Positions 55,852 through 64,000 of a stretch of DNA of 64,000 nucleotides are shown here, one piece after another. The notes beneath the pieces were generated by a model. That model worked only from the letters and a program-made list of their open reading frames with translations. It was not told where the DNA came from and did not search any database. The stretch is taken from contig CAWGVH010000003.1 in the NCBI GenBank assembly GCA_963825995.1, positions 215,828-279,827 on the forward strand, read 5' to 3'. This DNA is from an uncultured Chloroflexia bacterium. GTDB taxonomy: Bacteria; Chloroflexota; Limnocylindria; Limnocylindrales; CSP1-4. Each line of letters starts with the position of its first letter. Position 1 is the first letter of the stretch. The translations under genes were made by a program, and so were the position numbers.

Positions 55852-58800
55852 TCCGTCTCACCCAGTTCGCCCTTCGCGAGAAGTCGGTCATGGTCCTGCT
55901 CGCGGTCGGCATCTTCCTGGCCGGCATCTACTCCTGGGGTCAGCTGCAGCAGGAGCTCATCCCGGACATCGAGCTGCCGTTCGTGACGGTCATCACGCCG
56001 TTGCCCGGCGCCGGCGCAGAAGATGTCGCCTCGCAGGTCACGGATCCCATCGAGCGCTCGATGGCCAATGTCCCGCGCCTCGAGACGATGCAGTCCACGT
56101 CCTCCAACTCGCTCTCGCTCGTCTTCGCCCAGTTCGACTTCGGGACTGACCTCAAGGAGACCATCGACAACGTCGAGTCGGCGGTCGCGCAGGCCGACCT
56201 GCCCGAGGGCACCGAGCCGCAGGTCAGCTCGTTCGACTTCGCCAGCCAGCCCATCATCGTGGCCACCATCGGTCCCGTGGAGGGAGCCGACCCGGTCGAG
56301 GCGGCGGCCATCACCCGCGACCAGGTGGTCCCGGCCCTGTTGGGCATCGAGGGCGTCTCCACCGCGGAGCTGACCGGCGGCGCCACCCCCATCCTGGACA
56401 TCGTCCTCGACCCGGCCAAGATGGCCGAGCACGGCATCTCACTGCAGCAGGTGCAGGGCATCCTCTTCGCCAACCAGATCACCATCCCCTCCGGGTCCAT
56501 CGACGAGGGCAGCCTGCGCCTGCCCGTCTCCACGGAGCACCGCTTCGACTCCATCGACGAACTGGAGAGCCAGATCGTGGGCGCCAGTGTGCCGTCGAGC
56601 GCCATGGGTGCGGCACCCGCGGGTGTGCCGGGCGCGGCACCCGGCGGGCAACCGTCTGCGGCACCAGCCGCATCACCCAGCACCGCCCCGGCTGCCGTCG
56701 ATGGCGAGCCCGCGGCCGAGGGTGCATCCGAGGGCGGCCTGCAGTTGCCCGACCTGGGCCAGCTCGGTGAGGCTCTGGCGTCCATCCCCATGCCCGTGAC
56801 GCTGGGCCAGATCGCGACCATCGAGGAGCGCGACGTCAACGCCAGCGGCTATGCGCGCACGGATGGCCAGCCCTCGCTGACGGTGAGCATCACCAAGCGT
56901 TCCGGCGCCAACACCATCGACGTGGCCGACGAGGTGGAGGCCGTCTTCGACGACGTCCGCGATCAGCACAGCGACGTCGTCAGCATCGCCGTCATCCAGG
57001 ATCAGTCGCAGTTCATCCGCGAATCGCAGACGGGCCTCGTCCAGGAGGGGCTCATGGGAGCCCTCTTCGCCGTCCTGGTCATCTACATCTTCCTGCGCAG
57101 CGCCCGCACGACCCTGGTCGCGGCCATCAGCATCCCGCTCTCCATCCTCATGGCCATCGCCGTCTTCGGACTGGCCGGTCTCTCCATCAACATCCTGACC
57201 CTGGGCGGCCTGGCGGTGGCCGTCGGACGCGTGGTCGACGATTCCATCGTCGTGCTCGAGAACATCTACCGCCACCGCGGCCTGGGCGACGATAAGAAGA
57301 CCGCGGTCCTCACCGGCACGAAGGAAGTCGCCGGCGCCATCACCAGTTCGACCATCACCACGGTGGCCGTCTTCCTGCCGCTGGGCTTCGTGGGCGGCAT
57401 CGTCAGCCAGTTCTTCCTGCCCTTCGGCCTGGCCGTCACCTTCGCCCTCTTGGCCTCGCTGATCGTGGCGCTCACGGTCATCCCGGTGCTGGCCTACTGG
57501 TTCGTCGACAGGACCTCCATGAAGCTCGGGCCCGACGGCGAGCCGGAGATGACCATCTGGCAGCGGCTCTACACCCCGGTCCTCGTGGTCGCCCTGCGCA
57601 ATCGCCTCACCAAGCTCGGCGTCCTGGGCGTGGCCACCGTGCTCTTCCTCATCGCCATGGCGCTCGCGCCACTGCTGCCGACGGCCTTCATCGACGCCGG
57701 CGGCGAGAACTTCCTCTCGGTCACCGTGTCACCGCCGCAGGGATCTTCCACCGCCGGCGTGCAGGAGCGAACCATCCAGGCCGAGGAGATCCTGATGGCC
57801 GACGAGGACGTGGTCCTCGTGCAGTCCACCATCCCGGGTGACGCGGACACCGGCGCCCAGGCCCTCCAGGCGGCCTTCGCCGGCCGGGCCTCGAACAGCG
57901 CCGTGCTGACCGTCCGGCTGGCTGATGATGCCGACCTGGCCAAGGCTCGCGAGGACATCAAGCTGGCTCTCGCCCCCGTAGCGCAGGACGGCTTCGAGGT
58001 CACCATCTCCGAGCAGGACTTCACCGGTGCTGGGGGCGGCCTGGCTGTCGTCGTCAGCGGCCAGAACGCCAGCGATATCAAGCTGGCCAGCGACGTCATC
58101 GTCCGCGAGCTCAAGATGCTGGATGGCCTGGACAACGTGGCCAGCGATGCCGTGGCCGAGGCCCCCCAGATCTCGGTGGCCGTCGATCCCAACAAGGCCG
58201 CCATGATCGGCTCGTCCACGGCCCAGATCGGCTCGGCGCTTCGGAGCGTCCTGGTGGGCCAGTCGATCGGCTCCTATGCGCTCGAGGACGGCCAGGTGGT
58301 GGAGACCATCCTGCGGCTCAATGACGAAGGCGTGGACGGGGTCGAAGGCCTGCGCGCGCTGCTCGTCAGCGGCACAGCTGGCACCCAGCCGCTCGGTCAG
58401 GTGGCCGACGTGGAGCAGGTCGAGGTGCAGGGCACCGTGACGCGTGTCGACGGCGCCCCGGCAGCCACCATCTCCGCCGACATCACCACCGAGGACACGG
58501 GCGCCGCATCGACGGCGGCACAGGCCGTCATCGACGAGCTGCAGGCGGTGGGCGCCATCCCTGAGGGCGTGACGACCACGTTCGCCGGCGCGACCGCCCA
58601 GATGAACGAGGCCTTCGGTGGTCTCTTCTTCTCGATGGGCGTGGCCATCCTGGCCGTCTACATCGTCATGGTGCTGGCCCTGGGCTCGCTCCTGACGCCC
58701 TTCATCATCCTCTTCAGCCTGCCGCTGGCGCTCATCGGCGCCATCCCGGCCCTGCTCGTCACCGGCAACCCGCTGGGCATCAGCGCCATGATCGGCTTCC

Positions 58801-59198
58801 TGATGCTCATCGGCATCGTGGTCACCAATGCCATCGTGCTGCTCGACTTCGTGGAGCAGCTGCGGGAGCGCGGCGTGCCCACCACGGAGGCGCTCGTCCG
58901 GGGTGCCAATACGCGCGTGCGGCCCATCCTCATGACTGCCGTGGCCACCATCCTGGCCTTGTCGCCGGTCGCCCTCGGCTTCGCCCATGGTTCGATCATC
59001 GCGGCGGAGCTGGCTACCGTCGTCATCGGCGGCCTCTTCACGTCGACCTTCCTGACCCTCATGGTCATCCCCGTCATCTACTCGCTCGTGGATGGCGGCA
59101 AGGAAGGCTTCCGCAAGCGCTTCATGCGAGGAGGGGCAGACGAGCAGCAGCCGGAGGCCGGGTCACCGCCTCCCGCTCCGGCGGCAGCCCAGGGCTAG
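55848..59198 (+). CDS. RND superfamily efflux permease (AcrB/SwrC-like), no adjacent MFP or OMF genes
   Basis: 12-TM AcrB architecture (MIRLTQFALREKSVMVLLAVGI..., GGLAVAVGRVVDDSIVVLENI); 1116 aa, with an Ala/Pro-rich insert. Confidence 0.9.
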   Translation: MIRLTQFALREKSVMVLLAVGIFLAGIYSWGQLQQELIPDIELPFVTVITPLPGAGAEDVASQVTDPIERSMANVPRLETMQSTSSNSLSLVFAQFDFGTDLKETIDNVESAVAQADLPEGTEPQVSSFDFASQPIIVATIGPVEGADPVEAAAITRDQVVPALLGIEGVSTAELTGGATPILDIVLDPAKMAEHGISLQQVQGILFANQITIPSGSIDEGSLRLPVSTEHRFDSIDELESQIVGASVPSSAMGAAPAGVPGAAPGGQPSAAPAASPSTAPAAVDGEPAAEGASEGGLQLPDLGQLGEALASIPMPVTLGQIATIEERDVNASGYARTDGQPSLTVSITKRSGANTIDVADEVEAVFDDVRDQHSDVVSIAVIQDQSQFIRESQTGLVQEGLMGALFAVLVIYIFLRSARTTLVAAISIPLSILMAIAVFGLAGLSINILTLGGLAVAVGRVVDDSIVVLENIYRHRGLGDDKKTAVLTGTKEVAGAITSSTITTVAVFLPLGFVGGIVSQFFLPFGLAVTFALLASLIVALTVIPVLAYWFVDRTSMKLGPDGEPEMTIWQRLYTPVLVVALRNRLTKLGVLGVATVLFLIAMALAPLLPTAFIDAGGENFLSVTVSPPQGSSTAGVQERTIQAEEILMADEDVVLVQSTIPGDADTGAQALQAAFAGRASNSAVLTVRLADDADLAKAREDIKLALAPVAQDGFEVTISEQDFTGAGGGLAVVVSGQNASDIKLASDVIVRELKMLDGLDNVASDAVAEAPQISVAVDPNKAAMIGSSTAQIGSALRSVLVGQSIGSYALEDGQVVETILRLNDEGVDGVEGLRALLVSGTAGTQPLGQVADVEQVEVQGTVTRVDGAPAATISADITTEDTGAASTAAQAVIDELQAVGAIPEGVTTTFAGATAQMNEAFGGLFFSMGVAILAVYIVMVLALGSLLTPFIILFSLPLALIGAIPALLVTGNPLGISAMIGFLMLIGIVVTNAIVLLDFVEQLRERGVPTTEALVRGANTRVRPILMTAVATILALSPVALGFAHGSIIAAELATVVIGGLFTSTFLTLMVIPVIYSLVDGGKEGFRKRFMRGGADEQQPEAGSPPPAPAAAQG

Positions 59199-59307
59199 CC
59201 CACCGGTCGCGTGGGTCGACTGCGAGGTGGCCCGCAACGTCTGCGATCCGGGCAGCTCGACCTCGACCCGGCGGTCCATCAGGGCCGCCGGTTCGATGCG
59301 TCCGGGC

Positions 59308-59517
59308 CTACCGAGACGAACTCACGGTCAGCCCGTCGAGGAGGCGTCGCGTGGCGCCGGCGACCTCGTCCACGGCCGCGTCGAAAGCGGCCGTGTTGCG
59401 CTGCGAAGGATGGCGATAGCCGCTGAGCTTGCGCACGTACTGGAGCGCGGCGGCGCGGATGTCCTCGTCGCTGACGGGGTCGCTCAGGCCCCGCAGCGTC
59501 CTGATGGATCGGCACAT
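59308..59517 (-). CDS. DUF2277-family small protein
   Basis: MCRSIRTLRGL...DEDIRAAALQYVRKLSGYRHPSQRN..AFD.AVDEVA, characteristic of DUF2277 as I recall it; 69 aa. Confidence 0.75.
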   Translation of the reverse strand: MCRSIRTLRGLSDPVSDEDIRAAALQYVRKLSGYRHPSQRNTAAFDAAVDEVAGATRRLLDGLTVSSSR

Positions 59518-59692
59518 GGCCGGGCATGGTAGCGGGCCGCAGCAACCAGCGTGAGCGGCGTGAACGTGGCGCTGCCGCTAGACTCTCTCTCGTCGATCCA
59601 TCGGTACGCGGGGTCCCTCTCGCGAGGGTGTGCCCAGATCCCGTCAGGCCGTGACGAGACCGTCGCACGACCCGAAAGGCATCTCGCCCCGC

Positions 59693-60683
59693 ATGAGCCG
59701 CATCCTCTCCATCCTCACCTGCGCCGCGCTTTGCCTCGTGCTGGCCGGTTGCGGCGACCTTGCAAGCGGCGCCGGGGGCGATCAGGCAACTCGGCGCGAG
59801 GGTGGCACGGGCAAGGCAGCCACCAAGGTGCCGCCTCCGACACCCACCCCGGAGCCTACGCGGGAGCCCCTCGCGGTCACCGACCTGCTGGGCGACGACG
59901 GCCGATTCACCGTGCTGCTCCTGGGGAGCGACCTGCGCAAGGGCATCGTCGGCGAGCGCACCGACGCCATCATCGTGGCCACCATCGATCCGGGCAGCGG
60001 CAAGGTCGCCATGGTCAGCCTGCCGCGGGACACCGTCAATGTGCCCATCGCGCCCGGGGAGGCCTACGCGGAGCGGATCAATACGCTCTACTTCGATCTG
60101 CAGCAGTCGACCGGCAAGCGCAAGGCTGCCCTCGAGGAGATGCGCGCCGCGCTCGCCTACAGCTTCGGGACGGAGATCGACCACGTCGCCCTGGTGGACT
60201 TCGACGGTCTCGTCAAGCTCATCGACAGCATCGGGGGTATCGACGTGACGCTCGACGAGCCCATCAGTGACCCCACCATGCACCTGGGCGACAAGGGCCT
60301 CAAGCTCAAGGCCGGCCTCCAGCACCTCGATGGCAAGGAGGCGCTGGCCTACGCGAGGTCACGACATACGAGCAGCGACTACGATCGATCGCGGCGCCAG
60401 CAGCAGGTCATCGCCGCCGCCGCGGAGAAGGTGCGCTCGCAGGGCCTCGGTGCGCTTCCGGCCCTCGTGGAGCTGGTGCGCAAGAAGACGCTCACGGACA
60501 TCCCGATGCTGGCCGCTCCCGCACTGCTGGAGCTGGGCGTCCAAGGCGGACCTCTCGACCGTCCGCTCGGTGGTCCTGGAACCGGAGCGGTGGGCTCGCC
60601 TCATTCCCGGCGGCTACACCATCATGCCCAAGGTCATCGAGGTCCAGAAGCTCTTCGACCGCATCTTCGACGAGGCCGGATAG
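59693..60683 (+). CDS. LytR-CpsA-Psr (LCP) family cell-envelope phosphotransferase, lipoprotein-type signal; frame interrupted by an apparent 1-nt insertion near 60540-60542
   Basis: MSRILSILTCAALCLVLAGCG lipobox, TDAIIVATIDPGSGKVAMVSLPRDT. After ...PALLELG the sensible C-terminus (KADLSTVRSVVLEPERWARL...FDEAG, stop 60681-60683) is in the +1 frame. Confidence 0.85.
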
Positions 60684-60752
60684 CCCACGCCAGGGCAACC
60701 CGCAGCCACGGCAGTGCCGGTTGGCCACCCAGACCCCGCGAGCCGCGACCGG

Positions 60753-61328
60753 TCAGTCGACGCGCCTGCCGTAGAAGTCGACGACGAGGGTGGTGCGGCC
60801 GCTCGGATGACGCGCCACGCCGAAGCCGGCTACGCGGAAGTCGGGATCCTTGATCTGGCGCCAGTGAGCGGCCCCGTAGCTGGTCTCCTTGTACCAGCGG
60901 CGCATCCAGAAGACGACCATCTGCCTCGGTGTCGCCGCCCAGTGGCAGGCCAGGTTCTCGCCATTGGTGTCGTCGCGCAGCCCGACGGTCCTGAAGCGCT
61001 GGTCCGTGGTGGAGCCCAGGTCGTGGCGGCACTGGCCGGCCGTGGCGATGCGTGCCGAGTAGGTGAAGGCGATCTTGTTGGAGATCTTGTCGCTGAAGTC
61101 GATTGGCGCGCGGTACCTGGAGTACCGGCCGCTGCCATACCCGATGCAGATCCCACGCGGCGTGACCTTGCCACCGGTGCGCAGGCAATTGAGGAGCTTG
61201 AAGGCGTAGTGCTCGGTGGACCGCGAGCGCTGCAGCTCAGCGGTGGCGGGCGCGGCCGTGAGGCCGACCACGAGGAGCGTCATCAGCGCGGCGATGACGA
61301 CGTTGATGCGGATGGATGAACGCATCAC
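60753..61328 (-). CDS. secreted CAP/SCP (YkwD-like) domain protein
   Basis: Signal/TM N-terminus INVVIAALMTLLVVGLTAAPATA, then GENLA... and HWRQIKDPDFRVAGFGVA CAP-like motifs; 191 aa. Confidence 0.75.
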   Translation of the reverse strand: MMRSSIRINVVIAALMTLLVVGLTAAPATAELQRSRSTEHYAFKLLNCLRTGGKVTPRGICIGYGSGRYSRYRAPIDFSDKISNKIAFTYSARIATAGQCRHDLGSTTDQRFRTVGLRDDTNGENLACHWAATPRQMVVFWMRRWYKETSYGAAHWRQIKDPDFRVAGFGVARHPSGRTTLVVDFYGRRVD

Positions 61329-61520
61329 GCAGCAGCTCGCTGCTGCTGGACGGCTGTATCCAACGGTGGGCCTCCGTCGTGCTTGTTCCCCCGGGTGACC
61401 TGAGCTGGGGCTCTCGGCCGGGCACTGGCCTGGGTCATCCCTCCTTCACGTTCCGGCGATCGCTGGGGCGTCCGTCAGTCGTGACCTGCGTAGGGTAGCG
61501 CGCCCGGCTCGTCCCTGCCA

Positions 61521-61548
61521 CCCGATTCCGCGCCGCCCGATTCCGCGC
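61521..61548. repeat. 15-nt-period direct repeat, 2 copies
   Basis: CCCGATTCCGCGC at 61521-61533 and 61536-61548. Confidence 0.85.
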
Positions 61549-61550
61549 TA

Positions 61551-61614
61551 TGCGAGGCCCGCGCCCTGCGAGGCCCGCGCCCTGCGTGGCGCGCGCCATG
61601 CGAGGCCCAAGCCC
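61551..61614. repeat. 16-bp tandem repeat array, 4 copies plus a degenerate fifth
   Basis: TGCGAGGCCCGCGCCC x2 identical (61551-61582), then TGCGTGGCGCGCGCCA (13/16) and TGCGAGGCCCAAGCCC (14/16). The fifth copy at 61615-61630 is weak. Confidence 0.85.
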
Positions 61615-61687
61615 TGCCAGGCGCTCTTCAGGCTCTGCGGACCGCGTGCGCCATCCGCCGCCCCCGCCGATATGGCAGTCTCACCCC

Positions 61688-62401
61688 ATGGCGATCGCGT
61701 TCGAGCGGTTCGAAGTCCTGACGTTCGACTGCTATGGCACCCTCATCGACTGGGAGCACGGCATCCTGGCTGCTGCCCGGCGGTTCCTTCGTCCGCATGG
61801 CCTGGAACCGGATGACGACGCCATCCTGGAGGCGTTCGGTCGCCATGAGCACGCCCTGGAGTCCGGGCCTTTTCGTGGGTACCGGGCCATCCTCGCCGAC
61901 GTGGCCGAGGCCATCGGCCGCGAACTCGGGATCGAGGTGAGCAGCGCGGAGGCGGCCGCGTTCGGCGCCTCGGTGGGCGACTGGCCGGCCTTCGCCGATT
62001 CGCCTGGGGCGCTCGCGCGCCTGGCTGGGCGCTACCGGCTCGGCGTCATCACGAACTGCGACGACGATCTCTTCGCGGCCTCTGCGCGGCGGCTGGGCAT
62101 CGCCTTCGACGAGGTTGTGACCGCGCAGCAGGTGGGCAGCTACAAGCCCAGCCACCACAACTTCGAGGTCATGTTCGAGCGGCTCGGCTGCCCGCGCGAG
62201 CGCATCCTGCACGTGGCCCAGAGCCTCTTCCACGACCACGTGCCCGCCAAGGCCCTGGGCCTCACCACGATCTGGGTCGACCGCCGTGGCGGCCGCGCCG
62301 GATCAGGCGCCACGCCCCCGGCCGAGGTGGTGCCCGACCTCGTCATCCCGGATCTCGCCCGCCTGGCCGACCTCGCCGTCGGCCCTCAAGGAGACGCCTG
62401 A
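61688..62401 (+). CDS. HAD-superfamily hydrolase, haloacid dehalogenase type II-like
   Basis: ATG 61688; motif I FDCYGTLIDWE, SYKPSHHNF; 237 aa. The ORF-track N-terminal extension through the repeats is rejected. Confidence 0.85.
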   Translation: MAIAFERFEVLTFDCYGTLIDWEHGILAAARRFLRPHGLEPDDDAILEAFGRHEHALESGPFRGYRAILADVAEAIGRELGIEVSSAEAAAFGASVGDWPAFADSPGALARLAGRYRLGVITNCDDDLFAASARRLGIAFDEVVTAQQVGSYKPSHHNFEVMFERLGCPRERILHVAQSLFHDHVPAKALGLTTIWVDRRGGRAGSGATPPAEVVPDLVIPDLARLADLAVGPQGDA

Positions 62402-64000
62402 TGCCCGCACCCTGGCAGGACCCTGAGCTCGTGGCCCGTGGCCGCGAGCCCATGCACGCCATCCGCCGCCAGCCTGGGCTCCTCCTGGACGGCATGTGGC
62501 GCTTCCAGTTGCTACCGGCGCCGGAGGCGGAGCTGGCTCCCGAGTGGAGCGAGATCGCGGTCCCCGGCTGCTGGACCATGCAGGGCACAGCCGACCTGCC
62601 CCAGTACACGAATGTCCAGATGCCCTTCCCGGGCGAGGCGCCGCACGTCCCGGCGGCCAACCCCACGGGTGTCTACGAGCGCCGCTTCGACCTCCCGACC
62701 GAGTGGCAGGGACAGCGTGTCGTGCTTCACGTCGGGGCGGCCGAATCGGTCGTCATGGTCGAGCTCAACGGGCGGCGCGTGGGTGTCGGCAAGGATTCGC
62801 ACCTGGCCTCGGAGTTCGAGGTCACCGGATACGTCGTGAGCGGCCGGAACGTGCTGCGCCTGACCGTCGTGAAGTGGTCCGACGCCACCTTCATCGAGGA
62901 CCAGGACCAGTGGTGGCACGGCGGCCTGACGCGTTCGATCTACCTGTACGCAACACCGCAGTCGTACCTCGGTGACGTGGCCGTGACGGCCGGGCTGGCC
63001 GAGGACGGGACCACCGGCAGGCTGGCCGTCGAGGTCCAGGTGGGCGGTCTGCGCGGTGACCCTGAGGTGGACTGGCGCGTCGAGGCCCGGCTCGATGGGC
63101 TGGACGAGGTGCTGCGCGCGCCGCTGGCCAGGTTCGAGCTGCCCCACTGGGCGACCGACAAGCCCGGCCGCGCGCTCATCCGCCGTCACGAGCTCTACGG
63201 CCCGGGGGGCATGGGCGAGGACGAGGCGCGCTGGCATGCTCTGCACCCGCATCTCGAGCCGGTCCGCACGGGCTCGGCGCGGCTCGAGGCCAGCATCCCG
63301 AACGTGCAGTCCTGGTCCGCGGAGATGCCTCGGCTCTATGGCCTGCAGGTATCGCTCTGTGATCCGGCGGGCACCGTCATCGACCGGGCACAGGCCAGGG
63401 TCGGCTTCCGCAGCGTGGAGGTCCGCGGCCTGGACCTGCTCATCAATGGCCGACGCGTGCGCATCCAGGGTGTCAATCGCCACGACTTCGACCAGCACAC
63501 GGGGCGCGTCATCACTCCGCAGGCCATGCGCCGGGACCTGCTGGCCATGAAGCACCACGGTGTCAACGCGGTGCGCACCTCGCACTACCCCAACGACCCG
63601 GCCTTCCTGGACCTCACCGATGAGCTGGGCCTCTACGTCATCGAGGAGGCGGACATCGAGTCGCACGCCTTCCAGGCCACGCTCTGTGACGATCCGCGCT
63701 ACCTGGCGCAGTGGGTGTCGCGTGTCTCGCGCATGGTCCTGCGCGACCGCAACCATGCCTCCGTCATCGCCTGGTCGCTGGGCAACGAGTCGGGCTACGG
63801 CACCAACCACGAGGCGGCCGCCGCCTGGGTGCGCCGCCACGATCCTTCGCGGCCGCTGCACTACGAGGGTGCCATCCGCTTCGACTGGTCCGCTGGGGCG
63901 CGTGTCACCGACCTCGTCTGCCCGATGTACCCCGCCATCAGCGCCATCGTCGAGTTCGCGACCTCGGGCCGCTTGGACCGCCCGCTCATCATGTGCGAGT
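62401..64000 (+). CDS. lacZ: GH2 beta-galactosidase, N-terminal part (3' truncated by window edge)
   Basis: ATG 62401 overlaps the HAD stop (TGATG). Frame is open to the window end. NPTGVYERRF, DQDQWWHGGLTRSIYL, GVNRHDFD, HYPNDP, WSLGNESG. Confidence 0.88.
   Translation, partial: MPAPWQDPELVARGREPMHAIRRQPGLLLDGMWRFQLLPAPEAELAPEWSEIAVPGCWTMQGTADLPQYTNVQMPFPGEAPHVPAANPTGVYERRFDLPTEWQGQRVVLHVGAAESVVMVELNGRRVGVGKDSHLASEFEVTGYVVSGRNVLRLTVVKWSDATFIEDQDQWWHGGLTRSIYLYATPQSYLGDVAVTAGLAEDGTTGRLAVEVQVGGLRGDPEVDWRVEARLDGLDEVLRAPLARFELPHWATDKPGRALIRRHELYGPGGMGEDEARWHALHPHLEPVRTGSARLEASIPNVQSWSAEMPRLYGLQVSLCDPAGTVIDRAQARVGFRSVEVRGLDLLINGRRVRIQGVNRHDFDQHTGRVITPQAMRRDLLAMKHHGVNAVRTSHYPNDPAFLDLTDELGLYVIEEADIESHAFQATLCDDPRYLAQWVSRVSRMVLRDRNHASVIAWSLGNESGYGTNHEAAAAWVRRHDPSRPLHYEGAIRFDWSAGARVTDLVCPMYPAISAIVEFATSGRLDRPLIMCE

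Noticed and set aside
60684-60853. Continuation of the LCP ORF in its original frame to 60853, overlapping the convergent CAP gene by 100 nt.
   Set aside because: The sequence after the frameshift point is Arg/His/Pro-rich nonsense. The +1 frame gives a conserved-looking LCP C-terminus ending at 60683.
61325-61438. 37-aa minus-strand uORF upstream of the CAP gene, preceded by GAAGGAGGG and ending in a GTGATG overlap with the CAP start.
   Set aside because: The SD-like sequence abuts the ATG (about 1-nt spacing), too close for initiation. The peptide is low-complexity. It is kept only as a remote possibility of translational coupling.
61551-61614. CRISPR array.
   Set aside because: The repeats are directly tandem 16-mers with no spacers, far shorter than CRISPR repeats, and there are no cas genes in the window.
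61550-61687. N-terminal 46-aa extension of the HAD ORF (ORF track start 61550) reading through the tandem repeats.
   Set aside because: The translation is Arg/Pro/Ala-rich, and the 16-nt repeat period shifts the frame each copy. The canonical HAD motif I (FDCYGTL) follows directly after ATG 61688.

Overview
High-GC (roughly 68-70% by eye) bacterial chromosomal segment, almost entirely core housekeeping genes. Order: 3' end of rpoB and rpoC. Then the str operon (rpsL-rpsG-fusA-tuf). Then contiguous S10, spc and alpha ribosomal operons (rpsJ to rplQ, including secY-adk-map-infA-rpmJ). Then truA-rplM-rpsI and a TPR protein. Next is a roughly 14 kb, nearly gap-free, mostly start/stop-overlapping string: glmM-glmS-acpS-nnrD-alr-[three unknown ORFs]-tsaE-tsaB-rimI-tsaD-rsmA-ispE-ridA. 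After that come glmU, a CNNM/CorC-type protein, a polyprenyl synthase (-), recO, a small secreted unknown, glyQS, an NfnAB-like pair plus an FNR-type reductase (all -), ppdK, marR plus an RND permease, DUF2277 (-), an LCP-family protein, a CAP/YkwD-like secreted protein (-), a HAD hydrolase and the 5' part of a GH2 beta-galactosidase. The rplM-rpsI-glmM-glmS-acpS-alr-tsaEB-rimI-tsaD synteny resembles Actinomycetota, but S12 is the long Bacillus-type form, so I do not assign a lineage. I saw no rRNA, tRNA, CRISPR, transposase, integrase, phage or recognisable defence genes. No clear-cut novel system is visible. The best candidate is the three translationally coupled ORFs of unknown function (33582-36712) between alr and tsaE. 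Other points worth a second look: (1) single extra-C frameshifts in essential rpoC and in the LCP gene; (2) 19-nt tandem duplications of the stop-codon region at two unrelated genes (glyQS, FNR); (3) a 16-bp tandem repeat array upstream of the HAD-lacZ pair; (4) unusual extensions or insertions in beta-prime, S17, L15, L24 and the RND pump. All homology statements come from reading motifs by eye; no database search was run.
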